Positions 9,259-19,860 are shown, counted from the first letter of the whole stretch. The stretch: DNA of 61,243 nucleotides, filler included, from Chthonomonadaceae bacterium (GCA_035650735.1; 4 parts of 4 records of this genome joined end to end with filler, not necessarily neighbours in it); one strand, 5' to 3'. Notes: generated by a model from the sequence alone, not told the origin. Program-made: numbers and translations.

Positions 9259-10869
9259 TCATAGCCTCGCCAGCCGCTCCTGAATCGGAGGCGGCGACCA
9301 GGGAGCCGGCAAGCCGAGATCGGAGAGCAATACCTGCGCACAGTTGTAGCCCGGAAGCCCGGTGATGTTGCCGCCCGGATGGCAGCAGGAACCGCACAGA
9401 TATAGCCCCTCCAGATGACCGCGATAGTGACCGGCTCCCGGAAAAGGACGGTGGTAACCAGTCTGGCCGTGTGTTAAGGCGCCCACAAGCAGGTCTCCCT
9501 CGCGCATATTCGGCAAGCCCTGTTCGGTATCCAGTGGGCTGCGCGTGAACCCTGCCAGAACGGCCTCCTCCAGGTTGGGCGCAAATTCCTTCCAGAGCGC
9601 CAGTATCCGCTGGCCGTGCCCCTCCTGGGCCTGCTCCCAGTTGCGGGCGTCCCCATGCAGCCGATAAGGGACTTTCTCCCACACGAAGGCAGTATGTCTG
9701 CCGGGCGGCGCCTGCGAGGGATCGAAAAGCGTGGGGCAGCTTCCCCACAGGACGGTCGGTGGGAATGTGCCTGCTTCGTGATGTGTTACCATCTCTTCGA
9801 ATTGCCCAATATGCTCCAAGCCCAGGATCACCATGAATGCCTCCTTGAGCCAGGGCTGGTCGTGAGCGGCTGTATATTCGGGCGGCGCACTCAAGTTGAG
9901 ATGCAGGGCGAACAGGGGAGCGAGCAGGTTATATCGGTACTGCCGCGCCCTGTCCTGCCAGTCCGAAGGCACCACCTGCGGGTCCAGCAGTTCCAGGAAC
10001 GTCTGCTGCGGATTGAGTCCGGAGGCGACAAAATGGCGGGCCGGAAATATCTCCCCGTCGGTAGTCTCCACAGCCACAACGCGACCGTTCTCCACGCGGA
10101 TGCGCCTGGGCGTGGTTTGCAGCTTGATTTCGCCGCCGCTTTCCTGGACGGCGGATACCAGAGCGCGGGCGAGATTGGCTGAGCCGCCCCGGCACATCTG
10201 GGCCTTGCCGCTGCTGGCCAGCAAAGCGGGAATATGATGCCCAAAGCCCGGACAGCGCATATCCACTTCCCGCAGGCCGTTGAAAAAGAGCAGCCCGGCC
10301 TGGATAACCGGATGCTCAAACTCCCTCTGAACAAATTCCAGGGGCGAATAGGCGCTAACTTCCAGCAGGCGACGTCCGTGCGGGCTGCGTGCGAGCAAAG
10401 CGTTGCGAAGGTCGGGAGGAAGCGGAGGCGATTGGCTCTCAGGGATCAGGATTTGGTCCACGATAGGCAAGAACGCCTCCCGCCACCGCCGGAGCGTATC
10501 GGCGTCTTTGCGGCTGAAACGCGCGAAGGATTCCACCGTCCTGTCGAAATCGGTCCACCACGTAAGAGTCTGGCCGCTGCGGAGGATCAGGGCGACGTTG
10601 AGCGCGGGTTCCAGATAGACGGCGCCACGGCGCTCCAGTGCCAGATCGCGGTACCAGGGCATATGGTTGAGAGCGCGGTGATAAAACGAGTGCGTATTAT
10701 GCAGAAAGCCGGGGTAGGCCGGGTCTTCTATCGTGGCCAGGCCGCCACCGGGCGTATCCCTTCGATCCAGGCAGAGGACCTTCAATCCGGCCTTGCCGAG
10801 GTAAGCTTGCAGGATCAGGCTGTTGTGGCCTGCACCGAGAATAATGCCATCATAATCGTCCGTGTGCAT
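9259..10869 (-). CDS. Phytoene dehydrogenase-like FAD-dependent oxidoreductase
   Basis: GAGHNSL dinucleotide-binding motif, RGGS, C-terminal GLYLCGSCCHPGGNITGLPGYN. Confidence 0.88.
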   Translation of the reverse strand: MHTDDYDGIILGAGHNSLILQAYLGKAGLKVLCLDRRDTPGGGLATIEDPAYPGFLHNTHSFYHRALNHMPWYRDLALERRGAVYLEPALNVALILRSGQTLTWWTDFDRTVESFARFSRKDADTLRRWREAFLPIVDQILIPESQSPPLPPDLRNALLARSPHGRRLLEVSAYSPLEFVQREFEHPVIQAGLLFFNGLREVDMRCPGFGHHIPALLASSGKAQMCRGGSANLARALVSAVQESGGEIKLQTTPRRIRVENGRVVAVETTDGEIFPARHFVASGLNPQQTFLELLDPQVVPSDWQDRARQYRYNLLAPLFALHLNLSAPPEYTAAHDQPWLKEAFMVILGLEHIGQFEEMVTHHEAGTFPPTVLWGSCPTLFDPSQAPPGRHTAFVWEKVPYRLHGDARNWEQAQEGHGQRILALWKEFAPNLEEAVLAGFTRSPLDTEQGLPNMREGDLLVGALTHGQTGYHRPFPGAGHYRGHLEGLYLCGSCCHPGGNITGLPGYNCAQVLLSDLGLPAPWSPPPIQERLARL

Positions 10870-11072
10870 GAAAATCGCCTTTCTCTGTTCCGGCTTTGGT
10901 TTACGAGGTATTTTCGCTGGATACAGCCTCCGATGTCAAGCTACTGAGCCGGGCCTCGCTTTCTCAAGGCCCTCTGCGTGCCTGAAGCCAGCTTGGAAGG
11001 CACACGGGAGAGAAATCTGGAGAGAGGAAGGCGCGCATCTGGTTATTTTTCAAGCCGAGGGAGGAAATGGTG

Positions 11073-11525
11073 ATGTCACAGGGGATTGTCAAGCCCTACG
11101 TCTACCCGGAAGAGGTAGAAACACAGGTCTTCGACTGGGGCAGTATCAAATGGCTGAGTGAACCGCGCGTGACCGGCACGGAGCGGTTCACGATGGGCGT
11201 GGTGATTCTGGAGCCAGGGAAGGGGCATACGCGCCACAATCATCCGGGCGTCGAGGAGATTTTGTATATCGTGTCGGGCGAGGGAGAGCAGATGGTTGAG
11301 GTTCCCGATGGGCAGGGCGGGATGCATCCGGAGCGGCGACCGGTGCGTGCGGGTATGCTTGTTCATATTCCCGCCGATGTCTACCATGAGACGATCAATA
11401 CCGGCTGGGAGCCGTTGAAACTGGTCGCCGTCTATGCGCCGCCCGGCCCGGAGGCCATTCTGCGCGCGATGCCGGGATGCACAGTCGTCCCGGCAGGACA
11501 GTTACCGGGCCGCACTTCCGCCTGA
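11073..11525 (+). CDS. Cupin domain protein
   Basis: HNHPGVEEILYIVSGEG and IPADVYH cupin motifs; RBS GGAGG. Confidence 0.88.
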   Translation: MSQGIVKPYVYPEEVETQVFDWGSIKWLSEPRVTGTERFTMGVVILEPGKGHTRHNHPGVEEILYIVSGEGEQMVEVPDGQGGMHPERRPVRAGMLVHIPADVYHETINTGWEPLKLVAVYAPPGPEAILRAMPGCTVVPAGQLPGRTSA

Positions 11526-11539
11526 AGGGAGCCTCAGCG

Positions 11540-12823
11540 ATGGACGAGAAGGTTGTGGCGGTCCTCGGCACGTTGGACACCAAAGGGGTGGAGGCGGCCT
11601 ACCTCAAGGAGTGCGTGAGACGCGCGGGACAGCCAGCGCTCCTGATAGACACGGGCGTTCTGGCCGAGGCGTTGGTTCCCGCCGACGTGGCGCGGGAGGC
11701 GGTCGCGCAGGCAGGCGGAACAAGCCTGAAGGCGCTGCGCGAGGCCGGGGATCGCGGACAGGCGGTGGTGGCGATGGGCCGGGGAGCCGCCGTCCTGCTG
11801 GCCAACTTGCACCGGGCCGGGCGGCTCGTCGGCGTCGTCGGTTTGGGCGGTTCCGCCGGAACCAGCATTGCCGCGACCGCCATGCAGGCCCTGCCGGTCG
11901 GCCTGCCCAAGCTCATCGTCTCGACCATGGCTTCCGGCGATACGCGCGCCTATGTCGGCGTCAAGGACGTGACGCTGATGTACTCCGTCGTGGATATTGC
12001 GGGCCTCAACCGATTTTCGCGGGAGGTGTTGGGGAACGCCGCCGCCGCTATCGTCGGGATGGCCGCTCGCTATGCCGGACGTGAGGCGGCCTCTTCGGAG
12101 GAGAAGCCACTCATCGCGGCGACCATGTTCGGCGTGACGACGCCCTGCGTGACATGCGCCAGGGAATATCTGGAATCGCGGGGCTATGAGGTCCTCGTCT
12201 TTCATGCGACCGGTACCGGCGGGCGCGCGATGGAGGGTTTGGTGGCAGACGGCTTTATTGACGGCGTCCTCGATGTCACGACAACCGAATGGGCCGATGA
12301 ACTGGTCGGCGGTATTCTCAGCGCCGGGCCGCACCGCCTGGAGGCGATAGGGCGGCGAGGCATCCCGCATGTGGTCGCTCCCGGCGCGCTGGACATGGTG
12401 AACTTCGGCCCGCGTGACACCGTTCCCGCCCAGTTCGCCAGCCGCCTCCTCTATCAACACAACCCGCAGGTCACCCTGATGCGCACCACCGTCGAGGAGA
12501 ACCGGCAGCTCGGCCAGATCCTCGGACAGAAGCTCAACCTCGCTCCGGAACAGGTCGAGGTCTTTTTGCCGTTGGGCGGCGTGTCGGCGATTGACCGGGA
12601 GGGCCAGCCCTTCTACGATCCCGCCGCCGATGCTGCCTTTCGCGACTCCCTGCGCGCCACGCTGAACCCGGCCATACCCATTCACGAGATGCCTGCCCAC
12701 ATCAACGACGAAGCGTTCGCTCTGGCGATGGCGCGCAGGCTGGAGGAAATGGTGCAGCAGCGCCGGGAAGGCCAGGCGGTTGCAAGTCAGCCCTCCATGC
12801 GCGAGGCGCACCACCGAGCATGA
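11540..12823 (+). CDS. UPF0261 / Tm-1-like ATP-binding domain protein
   Basis: [49 protein letters not shown]. Confidence 0.92.
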   Translation: MDEKVVAVLGTLDTKGVEAAYLKECVRRAGQPALLIDTGVLAEALVPADVAREAVAQAGGTSLKALREAGDRGQAVVAMGRGAAVLLANLHRAGRLVGVVGLGGSAGTSIAATAMQALPVGLPKLIVSTMASGDTRAYVGVKDVTLMYSVVDIAGLNRFSREVLGNAAAAIVGMAARYAGREAASSEEKPLIAATMFGVTTPCVTCAREYLESRGYEVLVFHATGTGGRAMEGLVADGFIDGVLDVTTTEWADELVGGILSAGPHRLEAIGRRGIPHVVAPGALDMVNFGPRDTVPAQFASRLLYQHNPQVTLMRTTVEENRQLGQILGQKLNLAPEQVEVFLPLGGVSAIDREGQPFYDPAADAAFRDSLRATLNPAIPIHEMPAHINDEAFALAMARRLEEMVQQRREGQAVASQPSMREAHHRA

Positions 12824-12827
12824 AAAC

Positions 12828-12870
12828 GCCTCTCCCCTCTCCTTGCGAAGGAGAGGGGGCGGGGGTGAGG
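12828..12870. repeat. REP-like palindrome inside the operon
   Basis: CCCCTCTCCTT-GCG-AAGGAGAGGGG followed by GGGGGTGAGG. Confidence 0.7.
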
Positions 12871-12906
12871 TCTATTTTGCCCTCAGGAAGCGAAAGGAAT
12901 GTTGTC

Positions 12907-13749
12907 ATGAGCGAGCCAGCGCAAAGCCGGGAAGCGATTCTGGAGCGCCTGCGCGCCAAAGGCGCACAAGGCCAGCCGATCATCGGGGCGGGGGCCGGCA
13001 CGGGGATATCGGCAAAGGCTGCCGAGATGGGCGGCGTGGATCTGCTCGTCATCTACAATTCGGGCCGGTATCGCATGGCCGGGCGCGGCTCGCTCGCCGG
13101 ATACATGCCCTATGGAGATGCCAACGCTATCGTGATGGAGATGGCGGGCGAGGTCTTGACGGTGGTGGAGCAGACGCCCGTGCTGGCCGGTGTATGCGGC
13201 ACCGATCCCTTTCGCAAGATGGACTATTTTCTTCGGCAGGTGCAGGAGATTGGCTTTGCGGGCGTGCAGAACTTTCCCACCGTCGGCCTGATTGATGGCC
13301 TGTTCCGGCAGAACCTGGAAGAGACCGGCCTGTCCTATGCGCTCGAAGTCGCGATGATACGCCAGGCGCACGCACGGGGATTGTTGACGACGCCCTACTG
13401 TTTCAACGAGCAGGAGGCCGAGCAGATGGCGGACGCCGGAGCCGACATCCTCGTAGCCCATATGGGCCTGACGACCAAAGGGGCTATCGGCGCGCGGACG
13501 GCCTTAACCCTTGATGAAGCCGCCGTGCGGGTACAGCGCATCGCCGACGCGGCGCACGGCGTCCGGCCTGATGTGTTGGTCCTCTGTCACGGCGGGCCTA
13601 TCGCCGAGCCGGAAGACGCCGCAGTTATCTTCGAGAAGACACGTAATATTGCCGGATTTTATGGCGCGTCTAGCATGGAGCGGCTTCCCACCGAACGCGC
13701 TATCCGCGATCAGGTCCTCCGCTTTAAGAACCTCAAAATACCTGTCTAA
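12907..13749 (+). CDS. TIM-barrel signal transduction / phosphoenolpyruvate hydrolase family protein
   Basis: [54 protein letters not shown]. Confidence 0.92.
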   Translation: MSEPAQSREAILERLRAKGAQGQPIIGAGAGTGISAKAAEMGGVDLLVIYNSGRYRMAGRGSLAGYMPYGDANAIVMEMAGEVLTVVEQTPVLAGVCGTDPFRKMDYFLRQVQEIGFAGVQNFPTVGLIDGLFRQNLEETGLSYALEVAMIRQAHARGLLTTPYCFNEQEAEQMADAGADILVAHMGLTTKGAIGARTALTLDEAAVRVQRIADAAHGVRPDVLVLCHGGPIAEPEDAAVIFEKTRNIAGFYGASSMERLPTERAIRDQVLRFKNLKIPV

Positions 13750-13782
13750 GCGGCGCATCCAGTAAGTCTGCCGTCCTTTGTG

Positions 13783-13935
13783 CGGCAGGCTAAACCCTGC
13801 CGCTGTGGGGCCTACGGCCCGCTGCCTGCCTACGCAGGCAGAGGTCATGCTGACTGCAAGGGTCGGCCCTGCAATGGTTCGGGCCACTGCAAGGGTACGG
13901 CCCTTGCCTCCGCCTTGCGACACCTTGCGACACCT
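13783..13935. repeat. Composite repeat: GGCAGGCTAAACCCTGCC palindrome family plus inverted GCAAGGCGGAGG-family units
   Basis: Same motifs at 17445-17507, 23310-23437 and 44352-44504. Confidence 0.75.
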
Positions 13936-14037
13936 GTGCGGGCAGGAAAAGGCGCCTCCACGAAAGGGCAGCGAACTTGCCGGAGGCGCCACTTAGCCAA
14001 CAGCGTAGCAGGCTATAAGGAGGAGTGGAAACCTCTG

Positions 14038-14086
14038 CTGTCGAATAAGGCATTCAACGCTATAATGGCGAAAATTACCGTATAAT
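14038..14086 (+). promoter_or_regulatory. Candidate sigma70 promoter(s) for the oxidoreductase-nuo region
   Basis: Two TATAAT boxes (14061-14066, 14081-14086) in AT-rich DNA; -35 match is weak. Confidence 0.45.
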
Positions 14087-14148
14087 GAAAAAGAACATAA
14101 ATTAAACTGGCAGCAATCCAGAGGAATACTGGTGTAGGAGATACGGGC

Positions 14149-15942
14149 ATGACCTTGCAGACAGAGTTGGCGCAAACCGACGTCGTGTTGCGCCTCGTCG
14201 GGGAATCCGGCGAAGGAACCGTCAGCCTCGGGGACCTGGCGGTGAAGATGTTCGTGATGATGGGGCTGGATATCTACACGTTCCAGACGTTTCCTGCCGA
14301 GATCAAGGGCGGCACCGTTATGTACCAGATTCGGGCGCGGTCCGGTGTCCCACTCTCACACGGCGATGCCGCGGATGTCCTCATCGCCCTCAACGATGAA
14401 GGGTTTGATCTTTTTGGTGAGGGGCTGCGCGAGGACGGCATTCTGCTCTATGACTCGGACGTCTTTACGCCGACGCCCTGTCCAGGCCGCACGGACTATG
14501 GCCTGCCCATCTCCGCGCTGGCCCGCATACAGAAGGAGGCGGTCCGTCACGAGGTCACGCCCGAACAGCTCAAGCGCCTGCCCGCGCCCAAGAATATGGT
14601 CGGCCTGGGCGCGCTGCTGCGCCTCGTGAACGCCCCTCTCCAGCCCGCCGAGCAGTATATCCGCGACCTGTTCGGGCGCAAGGGCGAAGCCATCGTCCAG
14701 ATGAACATCTGCGCGCTGCATACCGGCGCGGATCGCGTTGCCGAACAGATCGGCAGCAAGCGCACGCCCCGCCTCTTCCCCGTGCCGCGCACCGAACCGA
14801 TCATCACGATCAACGGCAATCAGATGCTGGCGATGGGGGCCATCGCCGCCGGGATGCGCTTCTACGCGGGCTATCCCATTACCCCCGCCTCCGAGATCAT
14901 GGAGTTTCTGGCCAAGGAGCTGCCCCGCTTTGGCGGCAACTTGATCCAGGCCGAGGATGAGATGGCCGCCATCGGCATGTGCCTGGGCGCCAGCTACGCG
15001 GGCGTGAAGTCCATGACCGCCTCTGCCGGTCCGGGCATCAGCCTGATGGTCGAGCAGATCAACCTGGCCGGACAGGCGGAAATTCCCCTCGTCGTCGCCG
15101 ACATCCAGCGCGGCGGCGCAAGCACGGGTATGCCGACCAAGACCAGCCAGGGCGACCTCAACCTGGCCCTCTACGGCGTCCATAACGAATCGCCTCGTAT
15201 CGTCCTGGCCGCCGCCAGCGTGGAAGACTGTTTCTGGACGACCCTCGAAGCCTTCAACCTGGCCGAAGCCTATCAATGCCCGGTCCTCCTGCTCTCCGAT
15301 CAGGCGCTCGCCACCCGCAAATGCACCCTCCCGCCGCCCGATCTGAGCCAGGTCAAGGTGGTCAACCGCCTCACCCCCACGCCGGAGGAGCGCGCAGCCG
15401 GCTATAAGCGCTATGCGGATACCCCGACCGGCATCTCGCCGATGTCGGTGCCGGGCATGGAGAAGGGCGTCTATGTCAGCACGGGCATCGAGCACGATGA
15501 AGAAGGCAATCCCGGCTACACCCCGGAACTGGCCAGCAAGATGAAAGCGAAGCGGTTCCGCAAGCTAGAGACGCTGCGGCGCGAGCGCGCGCATGAATTC
15601 GTGCGCCTGTGGGGGGATACGGGCGATCTGGACGTAGGCATCATTGCCTTCGGCTCCACGGAGGGCGTCATCCGCGAAGCGACCGATCGCGCACGCGCCG
15701 AAGGGTATAAGGTGGGCCACCTGCACCTGCGCATGCTGAACCCGCTTCCGGTGGAGTCCGTTCAGGAGTTCGCGGCGCGCTGCCGGCAGATCCTCGTGCC
15801 CGAACTCAACTTTACCGGCCAGTTGGCGGGCTGGCTGCGCGTTAACACGGACATCCGGTTCCATCCTTTCCATAAGGACGAAGGCATTCCGTTCCTTCCG
15901 AATGAGATTTATCGTCAGATCACGATGCTGGCAGGGCAATAG
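14149..15942 (+). CDS. korA: 2-oxoacid:ferredoxin oxidoreductase alpha subunit (gamma-alpha fused type)
   Basis: GESGEG, YAGYPITPASE, QAEDEMAA, QRGGASTGMPTK; substrate specificity cannot be read from the sequence. Confidence 0.88.
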   Translation: MTLQTELAQTDVVLRLVGESGEGTVSLGDLAVKMFVMMGLDIYTFQTFPAEIKGGTVMYQIRARSGVPLSHGDAADVLIALNDEGFDLFGEGLREDGILLYDSDVFTPTPCPGRTDYGLPISALARIQKEAVRHEVTPEQLKRLPAPKNMVGLGALLRLVNAPLQPAEQYIRDLFGRKGEAIVQMNICALHTGADRVAEQIGSKRTPRLFPVPRTEPIITINGNQMLAMGAIAAGMRFYAGYPITPASEIMEFLAKELPRFGGNLIQAEDEMAAIGMCLGASYAGVKSMTASAGPGISLMVEQINLAGQAEIPLVVADIQRGGASTGMPTKTSQGDLNLALYGVHNESPRIVLAAASVEDCFWTTLEAFNLAEAYQCPVLLLSDQALATRKCTLPPPDLSQVKVVNRLTPTPEERAAGYKRYADTPTGISPMSVPGMEKGVYVSTGIEHDEEGNPGYTPELASKMKAKRFRKLETLRRERAHEFVRLWGDTGDLDVGIIAFGSTEGVIREATDRARAEGYKVGHLHLRMLNPLPVESVQEFAARCRQILVPELNFTGQLAGWLRVNTDIRFHPFHKDEGIPFLPNEIYRQITMLAGQ

Positions 15943-15986
15943 CAGGAGCGCCTGCGTCTCCCGCCAGCCTCTCCTGGAGAATTCTA

Positions 15987-16880
15987 ATGGCTACCGCCCC
16001 GATACAATTGACCCCGAAAGACTACAAGAGCGACCTCAAACCGATCTGGTGCGCCGGCTGCGGCGATTTTGGCGTGCTGAGCGCGCTCTACAAGGCGCTG
16101 AGCATCTGCAACTACGACCCTGAGCAGACGGCCATCGTCTCCGGCATCGGCTGCTCCTCGCGCCTGCCGGGTTTTGTGACGACCTATGGCTTTCATGGCG
16201 TGCATGGCCGCGCCTTGCCGATTGCGACCGGCCTGAAGTCATCGCGACCGGAACTCAACGTCGTTGTCGTCGGCGGCGACGGCGACGGCTACTCCATCGG
16301 CGCCGGCCACTTCCCGCACTGCGCCCGCCGCAACCCGGACATCACCTATCTCATCATGAACAACAACACCTATGGCCTGACTAAAGGCCAGGTGTCACCG
16401 ACCTCGATGATACCGCTCGCCTCCAACGATCCCAAGATAGACCCCAAACGCTGGAAGACCACGCCCTACGGCATGACGGAGGACTCGCTCAACCCGCTTG
16501 CGCAGGCCATCGCCTGGGACGTTTCGTTTGTGGCGCGCGCCTTCTCCTACAAGCCCAACCAGTTGACCGACCTGCTCGTGCAGGCGCTCCAGCACAAGGG
16601 TTTCGCGCTCCTGGACGTCTTCTCGCCCTGCCCGACCTTCAACTCCGACCAGACCGAAGACTACTATAAGGAGCACGTCTTCGACGTGCCGGAGGACCAC
16701 GATCCCACGGATCGGGTGAAGGCGTTCGCCTTGTCGCTGTGCATGGACGGCTATCCCATCGGCGTGCTCTACAAGCATGAGAATAAACCCAGCCTGCTGG
16801 ATGAGCAGGCGTGGCTGCGCCAGCGCTTCACGCAGGAGCCGTCCGCCGCGCTGGAGGCGCTTTTCCACACGTTCGACTGA
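15987..16880 (+). CDS. korB: 2-oxoacid:ferredoxin oxidoreductase beta subunit
   Basis: WCAGCGDF, SGIGCSSR, HGRALP, GGDGDG TPP motif, YGLTKGQ, SPCPTF. Confidence 0.9.
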   Translation: MATAPIQLTPKDYKSDLKPIWCAGCGDFGVLSALYKALSICNYDPEQTAIVSGIGCSSRLPGFVTTYGFHGVHGRALPIATGLKSSRPELNVVVVGGDGDGYSIGAGHFPHCARRNPDITYLIMNNNTYGLTKGQVSPTSMIPLASNDPKIDPKRWKTTPYGMTEDSLNPLAQAIAWDVSFVARAFSYKPNQLTDLLVQALQHKGFALLDVFSPCPTFNSDQTEDYYKEHVFDVPEDHDPTDRVKAFALSLCMDGYPIGVLYKHENKPSLLDEQAWLRQRFTQEPSAALEALFHTFD

Positions 16881-17007
16881 CGCGCAGGGCGAACGCATAG
16901 AGCGCCTTGTCCCTCTCTCGTGCCGGACGCCCCTGGCTTGCAGGAGAGGGAAATGCGTCTGCCCTGGATTAACGCGGAGGCGAAGAAAGAAGGAGGGCTG
17001 ACAGAAC

Positions 17008-17382
17008 ATGAACACCGCTCCGCTGATTGGCGTGGGCTACCTGCCCGTTGTGATCTTCGCGCTCGTCGGCTTTGCCTTTGTGGGCGTGAACCTCTTTATC
17101 GCCCGGCTGATCAGCCCTTCCGCCCCGACGCCGGAGAAACGCGATACCTATGAGTGCGGCGTGCCGCCTGTCGGGGATGCGTGGCGGCAGTTCAATCCGC
17201 GCTACTACCTGTTCGCGCTGCTGTTCGTGGTCTTCGACGTGGAGGCCGCCTTTCTCTATCCCTGGGCCGTCGCGTTTCGGAAGGTCGGCGCGTATGCCGT
17301 CGCCGAGATGCTGATCTTTGTGGCGCTGCTCGGCCTGGGGCTGGCCTACGCCTGGCGGCGGGAAGCCCTTCAATGGGAGTGA
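17008..17382 (+). CDS. nuoA: Complex I subunit A
   Basis: YECG, FVVFDVEAAFLYPWA, C-terminal ALQWE. Confidence 0.96.
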   Translation: MNTAPLIGVGYLPVVIFALVGFAFVGVNLFIARLISPSAPTPEKRDTYECGVPPVGDAWRQFNPRYYLFALLFVVFDVEAAFLYPWAVAFRKVGAYAVAEMLIFVALLGLGLAYAWRREALQWE

Positions 17383-17384
17383 AA

Positions 17385-17567
17385 TAGCCCTCACCCCCGG
17401 CCCCTCCCCCAAGAACAGGGGAGGGGAGAGCAGAAGCCAGCATGGCCTCTGCCCACGCAGGTGGGCAGCGGGCCGCAGGCCCCACAGCGGCAGGGTTTAG
17501 CCTGCCGGAAGAGCAGAAGCTAGGTCCCTCCCTTCCCTCCCAGGGAAGGGGGACGGGGGGTTAGGTG
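17385..17567. repeat. Stack of palindromic repeats between nuoA and nuoB
   Basis: CCCTCACCCCCGGCCCCTCCCC..., CGGCAGGGTTTAGCCTGCCG, CCTTCCCT...AGGGAAGG. Confidence 0.8.
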
Positions 17568-17619
17568 GAAGTCTGCGCAGAAGAGGGCTGATGTGTCAGG
17601 ATGACAAGGTGATCTGGGT

Positions 17620-18183
17620 ATGGCAATAATCGGGAAACCCCTATCTCAAGAAGAGGTGGACTCCTGGCGCGTGCCGGTCCCCGGCGGGGCCGCTGTCATT
17701 GCGCCTCTGGATCGCCTGGCGCAGTGGGCGCGCAAGAATTCGCTCTGGTCGCTGACGTTCGGCCTCTCATGCTGCGCCATTGAGATGATGGCGACCGCCG
17801 CGCCGCGCTTCGATCTGGACCGCTTCGGGATGTTCTTCCGCGCCACGCCCCGGCAGGCCGACGTGATGATCGTGGCCGGGTGGGTGACGGTGAAGATGGC
17901 CCCCTTCATCAAGCGGCTCTACGACCAGATGCCAGAACCGAAATACGTGATCGCGATGGGCGGCTGCGCGTCGGCGGGCGGGCCGTACCGCGACAGCATC
18001 ACCATTGTCAAAGGCGTAGATCAGTTCCTACCGGTGGATGTCTACGTCTATGGCTGCCCTCCCCGCCCGGAAAACCTGATCCATGGCATTCTCAAGCTTC
18101 AGGAGAAAATCCAGCAGGAACACGCCCTGACCCGGCGCGGCCAGCGGCCCCCCGCAAAGGAACCCATCGTCATCGAAGGCTGA
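17620..18183 (+). CDS. nuoB: Complex I subunit B
   Basis: [42 protein letters not shown]. Confidence 0.96.
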   Translation: MAIIGKPLSQEEVDSWRVPVPGGAAVIAPLDRLAQWARKNSLWSLTFGLSCCAIEMMATAAPRFDLDRFGMFFRATPRQADVMIVAGWVTVKMAPFIKRLYDQMPEPKYVIAMGGCASAGGPYRDSITIVKGVDQFLPVDVYVYGCPPRPENLIHGILKLQEKIQQEHALTRRGQRPPAKEPIVIEG

Positions 18184-18242
18184 AACATAAGATGACGACA
18201 ATCCATCCGCCGATGGATTGGGGACTGAGAGGAGGATTTAGG

Positions 18243-18545
18243 ATGGTCAAGATGGAGCGCGGGCTGGAACTGCATGGGCGCTCGTGTCGCGGAGAAAGTC
18301 TGGAACGCGCTGAACTGAAAGCCTGGTACGCGCAGATGGATGCCGCTGAGAAGGGAATGCTAAAGGCCACCGAAGAGGAGCCGTCCGTCGAAGCGCTTCG
18401 TATCCAACTGGACTCAGAGGTGCGCGCCCTTCGGCAGACCGTCGAAGAGATTCAGTCCATCTATGCTACAAATGCTGCCTTACGGCAGGAAATCGCCGCT
18501 CTAAAACGCCGGTTGGCAGAAAAGCAGACGCTGCCCGTTAAATGA
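18243..18545 (+). CDS. Small coiled-coil hypothetical protein, coupled to the HNH gene
   Basis: RBS GAGGAGG before ATG 18243; heptad-like C-terminus; ATGA overlap with next ORF. Confidence 0.65.
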   Translation: MVKMERGLELHGRSCRGESLERAELKAWYAQMDAAEKGMLKATEEEPSVEALRIQLDSEVRALRQTVEEIQSIYATNAALRQEIAALKRRLAEKQTLPVK

Positions 18546-19297
18546 AAATCTCGCAAAGGGACTTCGAACAAGTTCGCGAGCGTGCCGGGCGCGTATGCGA
18601 GTATTGCGGTGTCAGCGAGATAGATTCTGGTGGTTTGCTGACCGTAGATCACTTCCAGCCACGCGCGAGTTCCGGCAGCGATGCACTTGATAATTTAGTC
18701 TATGCTTGCTTTCAGTGCAACAACTATAAGAACGCCTATTGGACTGGTAAAACCGCACTGGCAGATATATGGAATCCACGCACGGACCCTGCCTCTACCC
18801 ACTTTGTAGAACTGGAAGATGGGCGGCTTCTTGCGCTTACTCCTGTGGGCAGTCGAACCATTGAGGTTCTCAGGTTGAATCGTCCTCCGCTCGTGGACTA
18901 TAGGCGTGTAAAACAGAGGAATAGAGCGCGTGATGCAGTCCTGGCGAGAATCATCGAAGTCATCCGCCTGCGTCGGCAGGCAGAGCGCGAGCGCAGTCAG
19001 GCGATGAAGGATCAGACCGACCTGCTGAAAGAACTCCGGGATATTCTTGCGGCTCAGGATATGATAGAAACAACGGAAGCCCCGATGCTTTCTGCGGATC
19101 GCGCTTTGAGCATTGCCCAGGCAGATGCGATCCAGGCTTACCGCGACCTCTCCCTATATCGTATTCGCCTGGAACTTGAGCCAGACGGTTGGCATGTGGA
19201 TTACGAACCTAAAGACCCGAAAGTCAAAGGAGGCGGACCCCATGATGTGATTGACCGATTCACGGGGGCTATCGTCTCCAGAAGGTACGAACAGTGA
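18542..19297 (+). CDS. HNH endonuclease (zinc-finger type) with extra C-terminal domain
   Basis: CEYCG...TVDHFQP...DNLVYACFQCNNYK; visibly lower GC than the nuo genes. Confidence 0.88.
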   Translation: MKISQRDFEQVRERAGRVCEYCGVSEIDSGGLLTVDHFQPRASSGSDALDNLVYACFQCNNYKNAYWTGKTALADIWNPRTDPASTHFVELEDGRLLALTPVGSRTIEVLRLNRPPLVDYRRVKQRNRARDAVLARIIEVIRLRRQAERERSQAMKDQTDLLKELRDILAAQDMIETTEAPMLSADRALSIAQADAIQAYRDLSLYRIRLELEPDGWHVDYEPKDPKVKGGGPHDVIDRFTGAIVSRRYEQ

Positions 19298-19836
19298 ACT
19301 CTCCCATGAGTGAACCAGGCAGCGGAGAAGCCGTCGTGAGTGAAGAGAGCGAGGGCTTGCGCGGAATTAAGGAGCGGTTTGGGGAGGCGCTGCTGGCGGC
19401 GGAGGAGGCGGACGGCGAACTGCGCCTGACCGTCGCGGCGGGGCGGCTGACGGCGCTCTGTGCGTATCTGCGCGATGAACCGATCCTTGCCTTCGACTAT
19501 CCCGCCGACCTGACGGCCCGCGACACCGGCGAGCAGTTGATTCTCTGGTATCGCCTGGTCTCCATCGCGCACAACCGGACGGCCCTGCTGCACGTCGAAC
19601 TGTCCCGCGAGAACCCCGCCGTCGCCAGCGTGACGTCCATCTGGCCGGGGCTGAACTGGTTCGAGCGTGAGTGCTTCGACCTGTTCGGCATCCGTTTCCC
19701 CGGCCATCCCGACGACGGCGACCCCGCCCGTATGCGGATTCTGCTGCCCGAAGACTGGGAGGGGCATCCCTTCCGCCGCGACTACGAACCCGTCTTCAGC
19801 GGCGACCCTCTGCACGGCCCGCAGGAGAGAAACTGA
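19294..19836 (+). CDS. nuoC: Complex I subunit C
   Basis: WFERECFDLFGIRFPGHP, RILLPEDWEGHPFRRD; start could be 19294, 19306 or 19336. Confidence 0.93.
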   Translation: MNSPMSEPGSGEAVVSEESEGLRGIKERFGEALLAAEEADGELRLTVAAGRLTALCAYLRDEPILAFDYPADLTARDTGEQLILWYRLVSIAHNRTALLHVELSRENPAVASVTSIWPGLNWFERECFDLFGIRFPGHPDDGDPARMRILLPEDWEGHPFRRDYEPVFSGDPLHGPQERN

Positions 19837-19860
19837 GACTGCACGCGCCCAGGAGAAGCG

